This document shows positions 9,295 through 18,888 of a stretch of DNA of 62,720 nt, in pieces. The stretch covers positions 1 through 62,720 of the forward strand of contig JAHELV010000020.1 of assembly GCA_024644015.1 (NCBI GenBank), given 5' to 3'. A program made the translations under genes and the position numbers. The notes beneath the pieces were generated by a model. The model did not search any database, had not been told where the DNA came from, and saw only the letters and a program-made list of their open reading frames with translations. Origin of the DNA: Nitriliruptorales bacterium (GTDB taxonomy: Bacteria; Actinomycetota; Nitriliruptoria; Euzebyales; JAHELV01). The stretch's first letter is position 1, and the number at the start of each line of letters is the position of its first letter.

Positions 9295-10332
9295 ATGGTG
9301 ATCATGGATGTGTCCGACCCGGCACGGGGCCAGGCATTCGGCCCGGTGCCGGGATCGGCGACCGCCGCCGGGGCCGGGCACCGGGCGGACAGCGCACCGC
9401 CGGACTTCGAGGAGTTCTGGGCGGCCACGATCGCCCGGCTGCAACAGATCCCGCCCGCTGTGCGCTATGTCCCACAGTCCGCACCGGCCACGTCAACGAC
9501 CGCCTACGAGGTGTCGTTCCAGTCGTGGGGGGAACGCCGGATCCGTGGCTACGCGGTGACCTGGGACGACGACGCGCCGCGCCCACTGATCGTGCATGCA
9601 CACGGGTACCGCTCGCAGGTGACGCCACGCCTCGACTGGGTGCAGGCCGGCTGCCACGTCCTCGGGTTCGACATCCGGGGCTTCGGTCGGTCAACCGATG
9701 CCGTCCCCGCACCGTCGGCCGACGGCTGGCTGCTGACCGGTTCCCGCCAGCCGGAGACATCCGTGCTCCGCGGCGCGGTCTGTGACTATGTCAGGGCGAC
9801 CGAGGTCGCCGCCGCGCTCGACGTACGGGTGCAGCGACAGGTCAGCCATGGCGTCAGCCTCGCCGGCGGCCTAGCGACGATGGCCGAGGCGGTCGCCCCA
9901 CACGCCGACCTGCTCGTGCTCGGCGTCCCCACGTTCGGCTGGTCCGAGGGTCGCCGCCTGCTCGTCGAGCGTGGTTCGGGCGCGGAGGTCGCCACCTTCC
10001 TCGCCCGTCACCCGCAGTATCCGGAGGACGATCTGCAGGTGGTGCTGACCTACTTCGACGCCGGGCTGTTCGCGCCGTCGATCACCTGTCCGACGCTGCT
10101 GGGCATCGGTCGGGTCGACCGTGTGGTGCCATACGCGTCCGTGCGTCACATCGCCACCCGGCTGCGGTCACCCCACGAGGTCATGGTCTTCCCGGTGAGC
10201 CACGACGCCGGGCCGGCCATGAGCGAGTGGGAGCGGTTCGACCACCGCTGGCTCGAGCTGACCCTCGGCGGTGTCCCGGGTCACTTCGGCCGTCAGCCCA
10301 ACGCGGCGGCCTCCTCGACCCACCTGCGGTAA
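9295..10332 (+). CDS. Acetylxylan esterase / cephalosporin-C deacetylase-like alpha/beta hydrolase (CE7-like)
   Basis: PPDFEEFW, HGY, DIRGFG, GVSLAGG nucleophile elbow, LTYFD, DRVVP, SH. Confidence 0.8.
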   Translation: MVIMDVSDPARGQAFGPVPGSATAAGAGHRADSAPPDFEEFWAATIARLQQIPPAVRYVPQSAPATSTTAYEVSFQSWGERRIRGYAVTWDDDAPRPLIVHAHGYRSQVTPRLDWVQAGCHVLGFDIRGFGRSTDAVPAPSADGWLLTGSRQPETSVLRGAVCDYVRATEVAAALDVRVQRQVSHGVSLAGGLATMAEAVAPHADLLVLGVPTFGWSEGRRLLVERGSGAEVATFLARHPQYPEDDLQVVLTYFDAGLFAPSITCPTLLGIGRVDRVVPYASVRHIATRLRSPHEVMVFPVSHDAGPAMSEWERFDHRWLELTLGGVPGHFGRQPNAAASSTHLR

Positions 10333-11762
10333 CGCGGCGTCAGATCGTCGTTGACGAAGGCGGTCACCTGGTCCCGGTTCGACGGATCATCGACGACCTC
10401 CGACATCCGAAACGGTTCGGCGACGACGGCGCCGAGCACAGCACGGCTGAGCCGCTGGTCGAAGTTGGCCACGGCGACGGGCACGATCGGCGGTTCGGGA
10501 TCGAGCGCACCGGCGAGCATGAAGGCGCCGATGCGCAACTGCCGTGGCGAGCCCGCCGTCGGACCCGTCCGGCCCTCCGGGCAGATGACGAGATCGACAC
10601 CGCCCTTGAGCACGGCCGCTGCTTCGGTGGCGAACCGCTCCCGGCGCGCCAACCGTACGGCAGGGGGCGGCGGCGCCTCCTCCAGGGACGGGACCATCAC
10701 GTAGCCGAGCCGCGCGTAGTACCGGTCGTGGGCGGCCTCGTGCCAGTGCGAGTCCCGCACCACGCGCACCGGCGCGCACCCGTAGCTGCGGTACAGAATC
10801 ATCGACGACACGAAGTGCGTGTCGAGGATCAGGCTGAACCCGTTGGGCAGGCGGTTGTCTGGATGGCTGCGAAGGTGGTTGCACAACACGATGCTGCCCG
10901 GCCGGGCCGGGAGCCGGTCGACGCCGACGATCCGATGGTCCGTCTGATCGAACAGATCGATCAACGCGCGACACGACAGCCCCCGTACGTGCACCGGGTC
11001 GCTACCGTCGGGCGCCGATGCGACCGCCTCGTACACCCGCTGCAGGCCCAGGTACACCTGTAGCTCCCGCCGGACGCCGGCGAGCATGTCGAGCGCCTCG
11101 CGGGCGATCTCCGCCTCGACGGCGCTGTCGCCGTCGCGGACGACCTCCAGTGCCCTGAACGCGTCAGCGACCGTCGGCCGGGAGCGCAGGTAGGCCGGGA
11201 TGCGGTGCAGCGCCGACGTGACGCGCAGGTCGCCGGCGCGGTCGGCGATCAGGCCGGCGACCGCGCCGACCTCGTCGTCATAGCGCCCCGTGATCATGCG
11301 CGTGTGCTGCCGACGGACCTGCTCACCGGCGAGCCACAGGACCAGCCTGCCGAAACGGGCGGCGAAGCCCTCGTCGGCGCGACTGCGTTCGTCGACGACG
11401 GTACGCGCCACCCGCAGCATCTGCATCGGAGTGGCCGCAACCGCATCCCAGCGATGATGGTGCGGCCGCATCAGGCCGTCCCAACCCACGGGGTACCCGG
11501 GTGTCGCGACGAGCCGGCGCACCACGCCGTCGATGGCTTCGCCGTCGGTCGCCGAGCCGGGGGGCACGTTGCCGAGGACGACGTCGCCGTCGACCAGGAA
11601 CCACACCGCCGTACCTTCGTCACCGGCGGCGTGCACCCGGTCGCCGGCCGCCAGCTCGACCCACGACGCGTGTTCGGCGAGGACGTCCAGATCCTCGTCT
11701 TCGAGATCCTCGAGCAGCGCCAGCCCCCCGAACCACCGACGGATGGCCGCCGCGTCACGCAT
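10293..11762 (-). CDS. cNMP-binding domain + PlsC-type acyltransferase fusion
   Basis: N-terminal cNMP fold (LAAGDRVHAAGD...VWFLVDG...GYPVGWDGL); C-terminal NHLRSHPD, ICPEG, PIVPVAV. Start overlaps upstream stop (ATGCGTGA). Confidence 0.8.
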   Translation of the reverse strand: MRDAAAIRRWFGGLALLEDLEDEDLDVLAEHASWVELAAGDRVHAAGDEGTAVWFLVDGDVVLGNVPPGSATDGEAIDGVVRRLVATPGYPVGWDGLMRPHHHRWDAVAATPMQMLRVARTVVDERSRADEGFAARFGRLVLWLAGEQVRRQHTRMITGRYDDEVGAVAGLIADRAGDLRVTSALHRIPAYLRSRPTVADAFRALEVVRDGDSAVEAEIAREALDMLAGVRRELQVYLGLQRVYEAVASAPDGSDPVHVRGLSCRALIDLFDQTDHRIVGVDRLPARPGSIVLCNHLRSHPDNRLPNGFSLILDTHFVSSMILYRSYGCAPVRVVRDSHWHEAAHDRYYARLGYVMVPSLEEAPPPPAVRLARRERFATEAAAVLKGGVDLVICPEGRTGPTAGSPRQLRIGAFMLAGALDPEPPIVPVAVANFDQRLSRAVLGAVVAEPFRMSEVVDDPSNRDQVTAFVNDDLTPRYRRWVEEAAALG

Positions 11763-12228
11763 CGCCACCCCCTGCGCCCGGGGTCGACCAGCGCCCCGCC
11801 ATGTCGCGCGTGCGGTCGGCAAGGTCCGCCGCGACCAACTCGCACAACGCCGCCTCCCAGCGCGGGCTGGCCGAGATCAGCGGATCGATGGGGCACGTCA
11901 TGACCTGACATGGACCCTCGGCCCGCACGGTCGCGGTCGCCCGGCGCGGTTGGCGCAGCCCCGACCATCCAAAGATGCGGCCGCGGTCCTCGGTCGTTTC
12001 GACCACCAGATCCCCGACGTCGGTGAAGTCGACAAGAGTCGCAATCCGACCGTTGACCAGCACGAAGAGGTCACGCATGAGCTGGTGCTGGCGGACGATC
12101 ACGGTTCCCGGCGGCACGTCATCGAACGACGCGTGGCGCTCGATCGCGGCGACGAGCTCTGCTGGCAGCGCGGCAGCGCCTGGCATGAGCTCGCTGGGCG
12201 GCGGCGTTCGAGACGGATGCACGTCCAT
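11755..12228 (-). CDS. Stand-alone cyclic-nucleotide-binding domain protein
   Basis: PPGTVIVRQ...LFVLVNG...GRIFGWSGL...RRATATVRA; start uncertain (12228 or 12186). Confidence 0.8.
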   Translation of the reverse strand: MDVHPSRTPPPSELMPGAAALPAELVAAIERHASFDDVPPGTVIVRQHQLMRDLFVLVNGRIATLVDFTDVGDLVVETTEDRGRIFGWSGLRQPRRATATVRAEGPCQVMTCPIDPLISASPRWEAALCELVAADLADRTRDMAGRWSTPGAGGGDA

Positions 12229-12261
12229 CGTCGGATGGTGGACCACCGACGACCCTGCGAC

Positions 12262-12279
12262 CAGGGACCTTCGGCCCTG
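12262..12279. promoter_or_regulatory. DosR-box-like palindrome
   Basis: CAGGGACCTTCGGCCCTG, between the divergent cNMP operon and the pyridoxamine-oxidase-family gene. Confidence 0.6.
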
Positions 12280-12328
12280 TTCGTCGGGCGCTGCGCCACG
12301 ACACTTGTCATCGACGACAGGGTGTTGT

Positions 12329-12739
12329 GTGTCCGAGACCGAGATCGCGCTGCTCGCACTGTCACCGGACGAGTGCCGTGACCTGCTGGACCAGCACCGC
12401 CCACGCCTGGGCCGGCTGGCGTTCGTCGCCGACGACCGGCCGATTGTGCTGCCGATGAACTTCGTCGCGCACGGCGACGCCATCTACTTCCGCAGCGCAC
12501 GGGGCAGCAAGCTGACCGCCGCGCTGCGTGGCCAGCGTGTAGCGTTCGAGCTCGATCACGTCAACGAGGTGTGGGAGGACGGGTGGAGCCTGTTGGCGTT
12601 CGGTCGCCTGCACGTCGTCACCGACCCCGACGAGGTCGCCGTGGTCGCGCGGCTGCCGCTGCAACCCTGGGCCCGCGGCGACAAGCCGCACTTCCTGCGG
12701 CTCGACATCGACTCGCTGTCGGGGCGGCGCATCACGTGA
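12329..12739 (+). CDS. Pyridoxamine 5'-phosphate oxidase family (NimA/FMN-binding split barrel) protein
   Basis: LSPDECRDLL, GRLAF, PMNF, GSKL, VAFELD, GWSLLAFG, SGRRI. Confidence 0.88.
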   Translation: MSETEIALLALSPDECRDLLDQHRPRLGRLAFVADDRPIVLPMNFVAHGDAIYFRSARGSKLTAALRGQRVAFELDHVNEVWEDGWSLLAFGRLHVVTDPDEVAVVARLPLQPWARGDKPHFLRLDIDSLSGRRIT

Positions 12740-12951
12740 CCGCCCCGCGACGCCCGCTGGTCACCCTGGCGATTGCGAACTACGCTGCTGGTGGCCATGT
12801 CGTGTGCTGGACGGCACCGCACGTTGGTGCGCCGGCGTCCGGTGTCGTGATCCGCCCGGTCGGCCGATGACGCGACCGCTGCAGGGCCCGCCAGCGAGTC
12901 CACCGCGCTACCGAGACCGAACAGGGAGAACGCGCCACCGAGCGCCCTGCA

Positions 12952-15123
12952 ATGGCCGATGAACCCCGAGCCCAGACACCGCGTCGGCGCCGCGGTCTCG
13001 CCAAGCTGTCGATGGGGACGTGGCTGGCCATCGCACTGCTCGGCGTGACGGTCACGGCGCTGGTGGTCAGCTCGGTCGTGACGATGTCGCGGACGTCGAA
13101 CCTGGCCGACGACGTGCTGGGCGAACGGGCGCGGGCGCTGCTCGGTCTACAGGCGGGCGAGGTCGGGCGGTACCTGCGCACTGCCCAGGCCAGGACCGCG
13201 ACGCTGGCCGCGACGGGCACCGTCCGTGAGGCCGCCCGGCGTTTCGACGCCACGTACGCCGAGCTGGAGGGACTCAACCCCGCCGTCGTCGACGCCGCCA
13301 CCGCCGACGTGGCCGCGTACTACCGTGACGACGTGATCCCCCAACTGGAGGATGTCACCGGGGAGACCATCGGCCTGCGGCGTCTGCTGCCGGCGGGCGA
13401 CGCGGCGCGATATCTGCAGAGCCGCTACACCGTGCCCGACCCCGCGTCCGACGTCGCGCCCAGCGAGGTGGCGGACGCGCGCGACGGCAGCGCGTGGTCG
13501 GCGGTGCACGCCGAGCTGCATCCCGTGCTGTCGGAGATGGCCGCACAGCTCGACTTCGAGGATCTGTACCTCATCGCGCCCGATACCGGCACCGTGGTCT
13601 ACTCGGTGGGCAAGGCGACCGACTTCGCGACCAGCCTGGACGTCGGCCCGTACAGCGGCAGCGTTCTCGCACAGGGGCTGCGTGAGGTGCGTGACGAACC
13701 GGAGCCGGGCGTCGCTGTCCCGACCGACGTCGCGCCCTACGCGCCCGACGGCGGCCGGCCGGCCGGCTTCACGCTCGCTCCGGTCCTCGATGACGGCCGG
13801 CTGCTCGCGGTGCTCGCGGCGAAGATCTCGCTCGCCGACGTCGACCTGATCATGACGGTCGACAGGGAGTGGGTCGACGCCGGTTTCGGCAGGACCACCG
13901 AGACGTTCCTCGTAGGGGCGGACGGACGCATGCGGTCGGTGTCCCGGGCGTTCGTCGAGGACCCCGCCGACTACCTGCGGGCGGTGGCACAAGCCGGGAC
14001 CGCAACCCCGGCGGAGCGCAGAGCGATGGCCGATACGGACACCACCGTGGCGTTCCAGCAGGCGCTGACCGCCGACGAACTCGCCGGTGCAGCGTCGGGG
14101 GGCACAGGCGTGACCGAGGTCACCAGCTACCTGGGCCGTGACGTACTGGCGGCGTCGCAGCCCCTCGACGTGCCGGGGCTCGACTGGCTGGTGACCATGC
14201 AGGTGACCGAGGAGCAGGTCGCCGCCCCACTCGAGGACTACCGCCGGACGACAGTTGTCGCGGTCGCGGTCATCGTGCTGCTCGTCTCGTTCGTCGCCGT
14301 GGCATGGGCCAGGCGGACGTTCCGCCCGATCACCGCGCTCGCCGAGCGGCTGCGGGGGATCCACGCCGGGGACGACACCGGGCCGACATCCGTCGGTCGC
14401 CGCGCCCCGCAGGAGTTCGCTGCCCTCACCGACTCGGTGGGCACGATGATCGACTCGCTCGAACGCCAGCGCGACGAGGTCGACGCGGCGATCGCCGAGC
14501 GGCGGGCCACGGTCCGGGCGCTGCTGCCCGCCACGGTCGCCGCGCGCGTCGACTCCGGGGACCGGCGGGTCGTCGACGAGATCGCGCACGCGAGTGTCGT
14601 CGTCGCCACGGTCAACGGGCTCGGCCGCCTCATGCAACGCCAACACGGCACCGATGGCCGCGAGTTGCTCGACCGCGTGATCCGCGAGCTGGATCCGCTC
14701 GCGGCACAGCACGGCCTCGAGCGGGTCAAGATCCTGGGCGACGCCTACTTCGCCGGTTGCGGCCTGGACACCCCGTACCTCGACCATGCACCACGCGCAG
14801 TCGCGTTCGCCCGGGCAGCGCAGGACACCGTGCGTCGGGTGACTGCCGACGAGCCCGCCGACCTGCGCCTGTCGATCGGGGTCGACAGTGGGCCGGTCAC
14901 CGTCGGCCTGACGGGCAGCGCACTGCTGGTCTTCGACATGTGGGGCGACACGGCGACCACCGCGCACGTCCTGGCGCAGCGGGCACGCCCCGGCGAGACC
15001 CTGATCTCGGAGCGGACACACGAAATGCTCCCGCCGGACACGGCCGCCGTACGCATGGACGAGCCCGGCCCGTCTGTCTGGCGGATCACCGACGCGGTGA
15101 CAGCAGAGGAGTCCGCGACATGA
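12952..15123 (+). CDS. Membrane sensor (Cache-like) + HAMP + degenerate class III nucleotide cyclase (Rv2435c-like)
   Basis: TM, DLYLI...VVYSVGKATDFAT, GFGRTTETFLVG, TM, HAMP, ERVKILGDAY, IGVDSGPV, FDMWGDT. Confidence 0.85.
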   Translation: MADEPRAQTPRRRRGLAKLSMGTWLAIALLGVTVTALVVSSVVTMSRTSNLADDVLGERARALLGLQAGEVGRYLRTAQARTATLAATGTVREAARRFDATYAELEGLNPAVVDAATADVAAYYRDDVIPQLEDVTGETIGLRRLLPAGDAARYLQSRYTVPDPASDVAPSEVADARDGSAWSAVHAELHPVLSEMAAQLDFEDLYLIAPDTGTVVYSVGKATDFATSLDVGPYSGSVLAQGLREVRDEPEPGVAVPTDVAPYAPDGGRPAGFTLAPVLDDGRLLAVLAAKISLADVDLIMTVDREWVDAGFGRTTETFLVGADGRMRSVSRAFVEDPADYLRAVAQAGTATPAERRAMADTDTTVAFQQALTADELAGAASGGTGVTEVTSYLGRDVLAASQPLDVPGLDWLVTMQVTEEQVAAPLEDYRRTTVVAVAVIVLLVSFVAVAWARRTFRPITALAERLRGIHAGDDTGPTSVGRRAPQEFAALTDSVGTMIDSLERQRDEVDAAIAERRATVRALLPATVAARVDSGDRRVVDEIAHASVVVATVNGLGRLMQRQHGTDGRELLDRVIRELDPLAAQHGLERVKILGDAYFAGCGLDTPYLDHAPRAVAFARAAQDTVRRVTADEPADLRLSIGVDSGPVTVGLTGSALLVFDMWGDTATTAHVLAQRARPGETLISERTHEMLPPDTAAVRMDEPGPSVWRITDAVTAEESAT

Positions 15124-16649
15124 GCTCGATCCTGCAGGACAGCACGATCCTCTGGGCCGTGGCGCTCATGGTGGTGCTGCCCGCCGTCGTGATCGGCGCC
15201 GGCGAGATCGAGGAGCGGCTGCGGCAGCGTGACTCCTCGTTCCGCGCTGTGCTGTCGGTGCTGCGCTGGACCACCATTCCGTTGCTGGCGGTGTGGGCGG
15301 TGCTCACCGGCCTCGCAGACGTACCTGAATCCAGCGCCGCCGTGCGCCTGGTCGCCACCGGCCTGCTGCTCTCCGCGATGGTGGCGGGCGTCATCGCATC
15401 GCGACTGCTGGTCACGCGGGTGCGGCAACGTCGGGGCGCGGGAGACCGGGGCCAGGTGCCGCAGCTGCTGCTCGCGCTGCCGCGGGTTGCCGTCGTGCTG
15501 GTGGTCGCGTGGGTGCTGCTCGATCGCGTGTGGGCCGTCGACCTGTCGGCCGCGCTCACGGCGCTGGGTGTGACGTCGCTGGTCGTGTCCTTCGCGCTGC
15601 AGGACACGCTCAGCGGCCTGGCGTCGGGACTGTTGCTGCTGGGTGACGCGCCGTTCAGCACCGGTGAGTGGATCCGCCAGGGCGAGATCGAGGGTCGGGT
15701 CGTCGACATCAACTGGCGCAGCACCCGCATCGAGAACCGGGACGGCGACCTCGTCGTGATCCCCAACGCCGAGCTGGCGGCCACGAACCTGGTCAACCTC
15801 GACCGCCCCACCAGGGCGCACCGCGTCGTCGTGCCTGTGCAGGTCGCCTACGCCAACCCGCCGACCCGCGCCCGCGCGATGCTGCTCGATGCCGCCCGCT
15901 CGACGCCGGACGTCCTCGACGACCCCGAGCCGCAGGCCCGCGTCGTGCAGATCGACGACCCGCTCATGGGCTACGAGGTCCACCTGTGGGTCGACGACGT
16001 TCGTATCGCCCCGCGCGTGGCCAGCGACTTCGGCGCGCTGGTCTGGTATCAGTCCGACCGCCACGATGTGCCGCTGCCCAGTCCGGCCTACGACCTCTAC
16101 GTCTACGACGGCGTCGCGACGCAGGCGGCGGCGCGCCCCGATCAGCCCGAGATCCGGCGTCGGCTGCGGTCCTCGCCGCTTCTCAAGGAGCTCGACGACA
16201 GCGAGCTCGACCGCCTCGCAGCCGCCTCGCAGCCAGCCCACTTCGCCGAGAACGAGACCATAATGGCGCTGTCGGCACCGGGTACGGACCTGTACGTCCT
16301 GTGGGCCGGTCGGGCACGCCTGGTCGCCGACGGCCCCGATGACGAGGCCCTCGACGCCGGTGAGCTCCGCGCCGGTGACATGTTCGGGATGCTCGGACAC
16401 CCGGCCCGGAGCGGCGGTGCACCGCGCATCATCGCCGTCACGGACTGCGAGGTCGTCGTCGTCGACGGCGGTGCGGCGGCGCAGGTGATCAGTCGCAGCC
16501 CGGCGCTGTCCGAGGCGGTCCAGCAGATCGCGGACACGCGGCAGCGGCGGATCGAACGCATCGTCGAGACGTCGGTGCAGCGCCGGGCTGCGGCGAACGG
16601 CCAGCGGTCGGATGGTGCCGACGCGTCCGATACGGCAACGGTGGACTGA
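15120..16649 (+). CDS. MscS-family channel with C-terminal cNMP-binding domain (Rv2434c-like)
   Basis: ATGA overlap; ALGVTSLVVSFALQDTLSGLASG, PFSTGEWI, INWRST, IPN; C-terminal LYVLWAG...GDMFG. Confidence 0.9.
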   Translation: MSSILQDSTILWAVALMVVLPAVVIGAGEIEERLRQRDSSFRAVLSVLRWTTIPLLAVWAVLTGLADVPESSAAVRLVATGLLLSAMVAGVIASRLLVTRVRQRRGAGDRGQVPQLLLALPRVAVVLVVAWVLLDRVWAVDLSAALTALGVTSLVVSFALQDTLSGLASGLLLLGDAPFSTGEWIRQGEIEGRVVDINWRSTRIENRDGDLVVIPNAELAATNLVNLDRPTRAHRVVVPVQVAYANPPTRARAMLLDAARSTPDVLDDPEPQARVVQIDDPLMGYEVHLWVDDVRIAPRVASDFGALVWYQSDRHDVPLPSPAYDLYVYDGVATQAAARPDQPEIRRRLRSSPLLKELDDSELDRLAAASQPAHFAENETIMALSAPGTDLYVLWAGRARLVADGPDDEALDAGELRAGDMFGMLGHPARSGGAPRIIAVTDCEVVVVDGGAAAQVISRSPALSEAVQQIADTRQRRIERIVETSVQRRAAANGQRSDGADASDTATVD

Positions 16650-16651
16650 GG

Positions 16652-18832
16652 GTGGCTGAGCCGACAGTGACCAGCGCAGCAGCCGACGGCGCAGGGCCGG
16701 TACGACCTCGCCCCAGCCTGCGGCGTGTGCTCATCGTCGCACTGATCGGGGCGTCACTGCTGTCGGTGCTCGCGCTGGGTCTGTTCAACTACGTGGTTGC
16801 ACGCTCGCTGCTCACCGACGCGGTGGAGGCCCAGCTCGACAACCACCAGGGCGGTCAGGTGCGGGCCATCCAGGCCGGACTCACCCGTCTGACCGACCTG
16901 GCCTCGACGGTGGCACGCGATCAGGGGACCGTGCAGGCGCTCGAAGCGTTCTCCGGCGCGTACCGGGACCTGCAGGGACGCTCGGACCTGCTCGCACCGG
17001 CGGAGCTGGCGGCGCTGCAGGAGTTCTACGAGCAGACCGACGTCGAGGGCGCGGCGGCGATCGATCTCCCCCCGGGGGAGCAGCTGCTCCCCCGCGACGA
17101 CGCGGGACGGTACCTGCAGTACCACTACGTGGCGACCAATCCGTTCCCCGAGGACCGGCGCGACGAGCTGACGTCGGTGCCCGCGGACACCACGGCCTAC
17201 GGCGACGCCCACGCCGAGGCCCACGAGCGGATCGCCGAGCTGCTCGTGGGCTTCGGCTTCGGTGATCTCATGCTCATCGACGACCGCGGCAACGTCGTCT
17301 ACTCGACCGACAAACGGATCGACTTCGCCACGGACGTGGCCGCGGGACCGTATCGCGACAGCGGTCTGGCCGACGCCGTCGCGCAGCGACTGCCCCGCGC
17401 AGCGGTCAACGAGGCTGTCCTGGTCGACTTCGAGCCGTATCTGCCCGCCGGCGGGCGGCCGGTGATGTTCGCGGCCGCCACGGTCAGCGACGGCGCCGAC
17501 GTGATCGGCGCCGTTGTGCTGGAGATCCCCGTCGAGCTGCTCAACGTCGTGACCACGTCGCAGCGGGGCTGGGAGCGCACCGGCCTGGGCGAGACGGGTG
17601 AGACCTACGTCGTCGGGTCCGACCGGTTGCTGCGGTCCGACTCCCGGCTGTGGCTCGAGAACCCCGAGGGGTACCTGGACGCGCTGGACGCCGCAGGGTA
17701 CCCACCCGAGCTCGGCGCCTCCATCGCCGCCGCCGACACGACGGTGCTGCTGCAACCGGCCTCGACCGAACCCGTCAACGAGGCGTTCGACTCGCAGCGC
17801 TTCGTCGGCCGCAATGCGAACTACCTCGACCAGCGGACGCTGACCGTGGCTGGCCCGCTGGCCTTCGGCGACCTCGAGTGGGTGGTCGTCGCCGACCTCG
17901 GGGCCGCCGAGGCCAACGCAGCGCTCGCCTCGCTGCAGCGCGGCCTGCTCGTGCTCGCACTCATCCTCGTGGCCGCGGTCGCCGGCGTCGGGGTGCTGCT
18001 CGCCGACCGCATCGCGCGCCCCGTCCAACCTGTTGTCACGGCCGCGGCGGCAGTGGCCGGCGGGGATCTCGACACGCCGGTCACCGATCTCGGCAGGACC
18101 GAGATCGGTGACATCGGGCGGCGGCTGAACACACTGACCGATGACCTCAGGGCGCAGCGCGACGCCAAGGCCGCCGAGCAAAGCGAGATCACCGAGCTGC
18201 TGCTGTCGGTGCTGCCAGCCCGCCTGGTCGACCGGCTGCAGGCCGGCGACGTGGAGGTCGCGGACCTCACGGACACGGCGACCGTCGTCGCCATGACGGT
18301 GCACGGCCCGTTCGACAGCGTCGGCCTCAGTCCGGACACCGCGCTGGAGTTCAGCGCCCGGCTGTCGCGCGCGCTCGAGGACACGGCTGAACGGCTGGGC
18401 GTCGAACGGGTCCGCTCGGCCTCGGACCACCACGTGTTCGCAGCGGGGCTGGGAGCTGCGGACGTCGCCGCGGACGACGCGGCCAGCTTCGTCGCCGAGG
18501 TCGGGGTCGCCCTCAGCGAGTTCGAGCACGAGACCGGCGTCGCCGTCGGCTACCACGCCGGTCTGTGTGCGGGCGAGGTCGTGGCCGGGTTGCTGCACCG
18601 CGAGACGTTCACCTACGGGGTGTTCGGCGAGCCGACCCGCACCGCGCTCGCACTGGACGCGGTCGCGGCCGACGGCCAGATCCTCGTGCACGAATCGGTT
18701 GCCGCGCGACTCGGGCCGCAGTGGGTGCTGGAACCCGCCGACGGTCTGGTGGATCTGCGCGGCGACGCGGTCGAGGCATTGCTGCTCACCGGCAGTCGAA
18801 CCCCTGATCCGCAGGCCGCCGCGTCGGTCTGA
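16652..18832 (+). CDS. Second membrane sensor + HAMP + highly degenerate class III cyclase
   Basis: Paralog of 12952-15123: RYLQYHY, VVYSTDKRIDFAT, GLGETGETYVVG, HAMP, GLCAGEVVAG, YGVFGEP. Confidence 0.83.
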   Translation: MAEPTVTSAAADGAGPVRPRPSLRRVLIVALIGASLLSVLALGLFNYVVARSLLTDAVEAQLDNHQGGQVRAIQAGLTRLTDLASTVARDQGTVQALEAFSGAYRDLQGRSDLLAPAELAALQEFYEQTDVEGAAAIDLPPGEQLLPRDDAGRYLQYHYVATNPFPEDRRDELTSVPADTTAYGDAHAEAHERIAELLVGFGFGDLMLIDDRGNVVYSTDKRIDFATDVAAGPYRDSGLADAVAQRLPRAAVNEAVLVDFEPYLPAGGRPVMFAAATVSDGADVIGAVVLEIPVELLNVVTTSQRGWERTGLGETGETYVVGSDRLLRSDSRLWLENPEGYLDALDAAGYPPELGASIAAADTTVLLQPASTEPVNEAFDSQRFVGRNANYLDQRTLTVAGPLAFGDLEWVVVADLGAAEANAALASLQRGLLVLALILVAAVAGVGVLLADRIARPVQPVVTAAAAVAGGDLDTPVTDLGRTEIGDIGRRLNTLTDDLRAQRDAKAAEQSEITELLLSVLPARLVDRLQAGDVEVADLTDTATVVAMTVHGPFDSVGLSPDTALEFSARLSRALEDTAERLGVERVRSASDHHVFAAGLGAADVAADDAASFVAEVGVALSEFEHETGVAVGYHAGLCAGEVVAGLLHRETFTYGVFGEPTRTALALDAVAADGQILVHESVAARLGPQWVLEPADGLVDLRGDAVEALLLTGSRTPDPQAAASV

Positions 18833-18888
18833 GGCCGCCCGGGCCTGCTGCGGAAGGCGCTGTGGGGTGGTGTGGCCTCCACGCGCCG

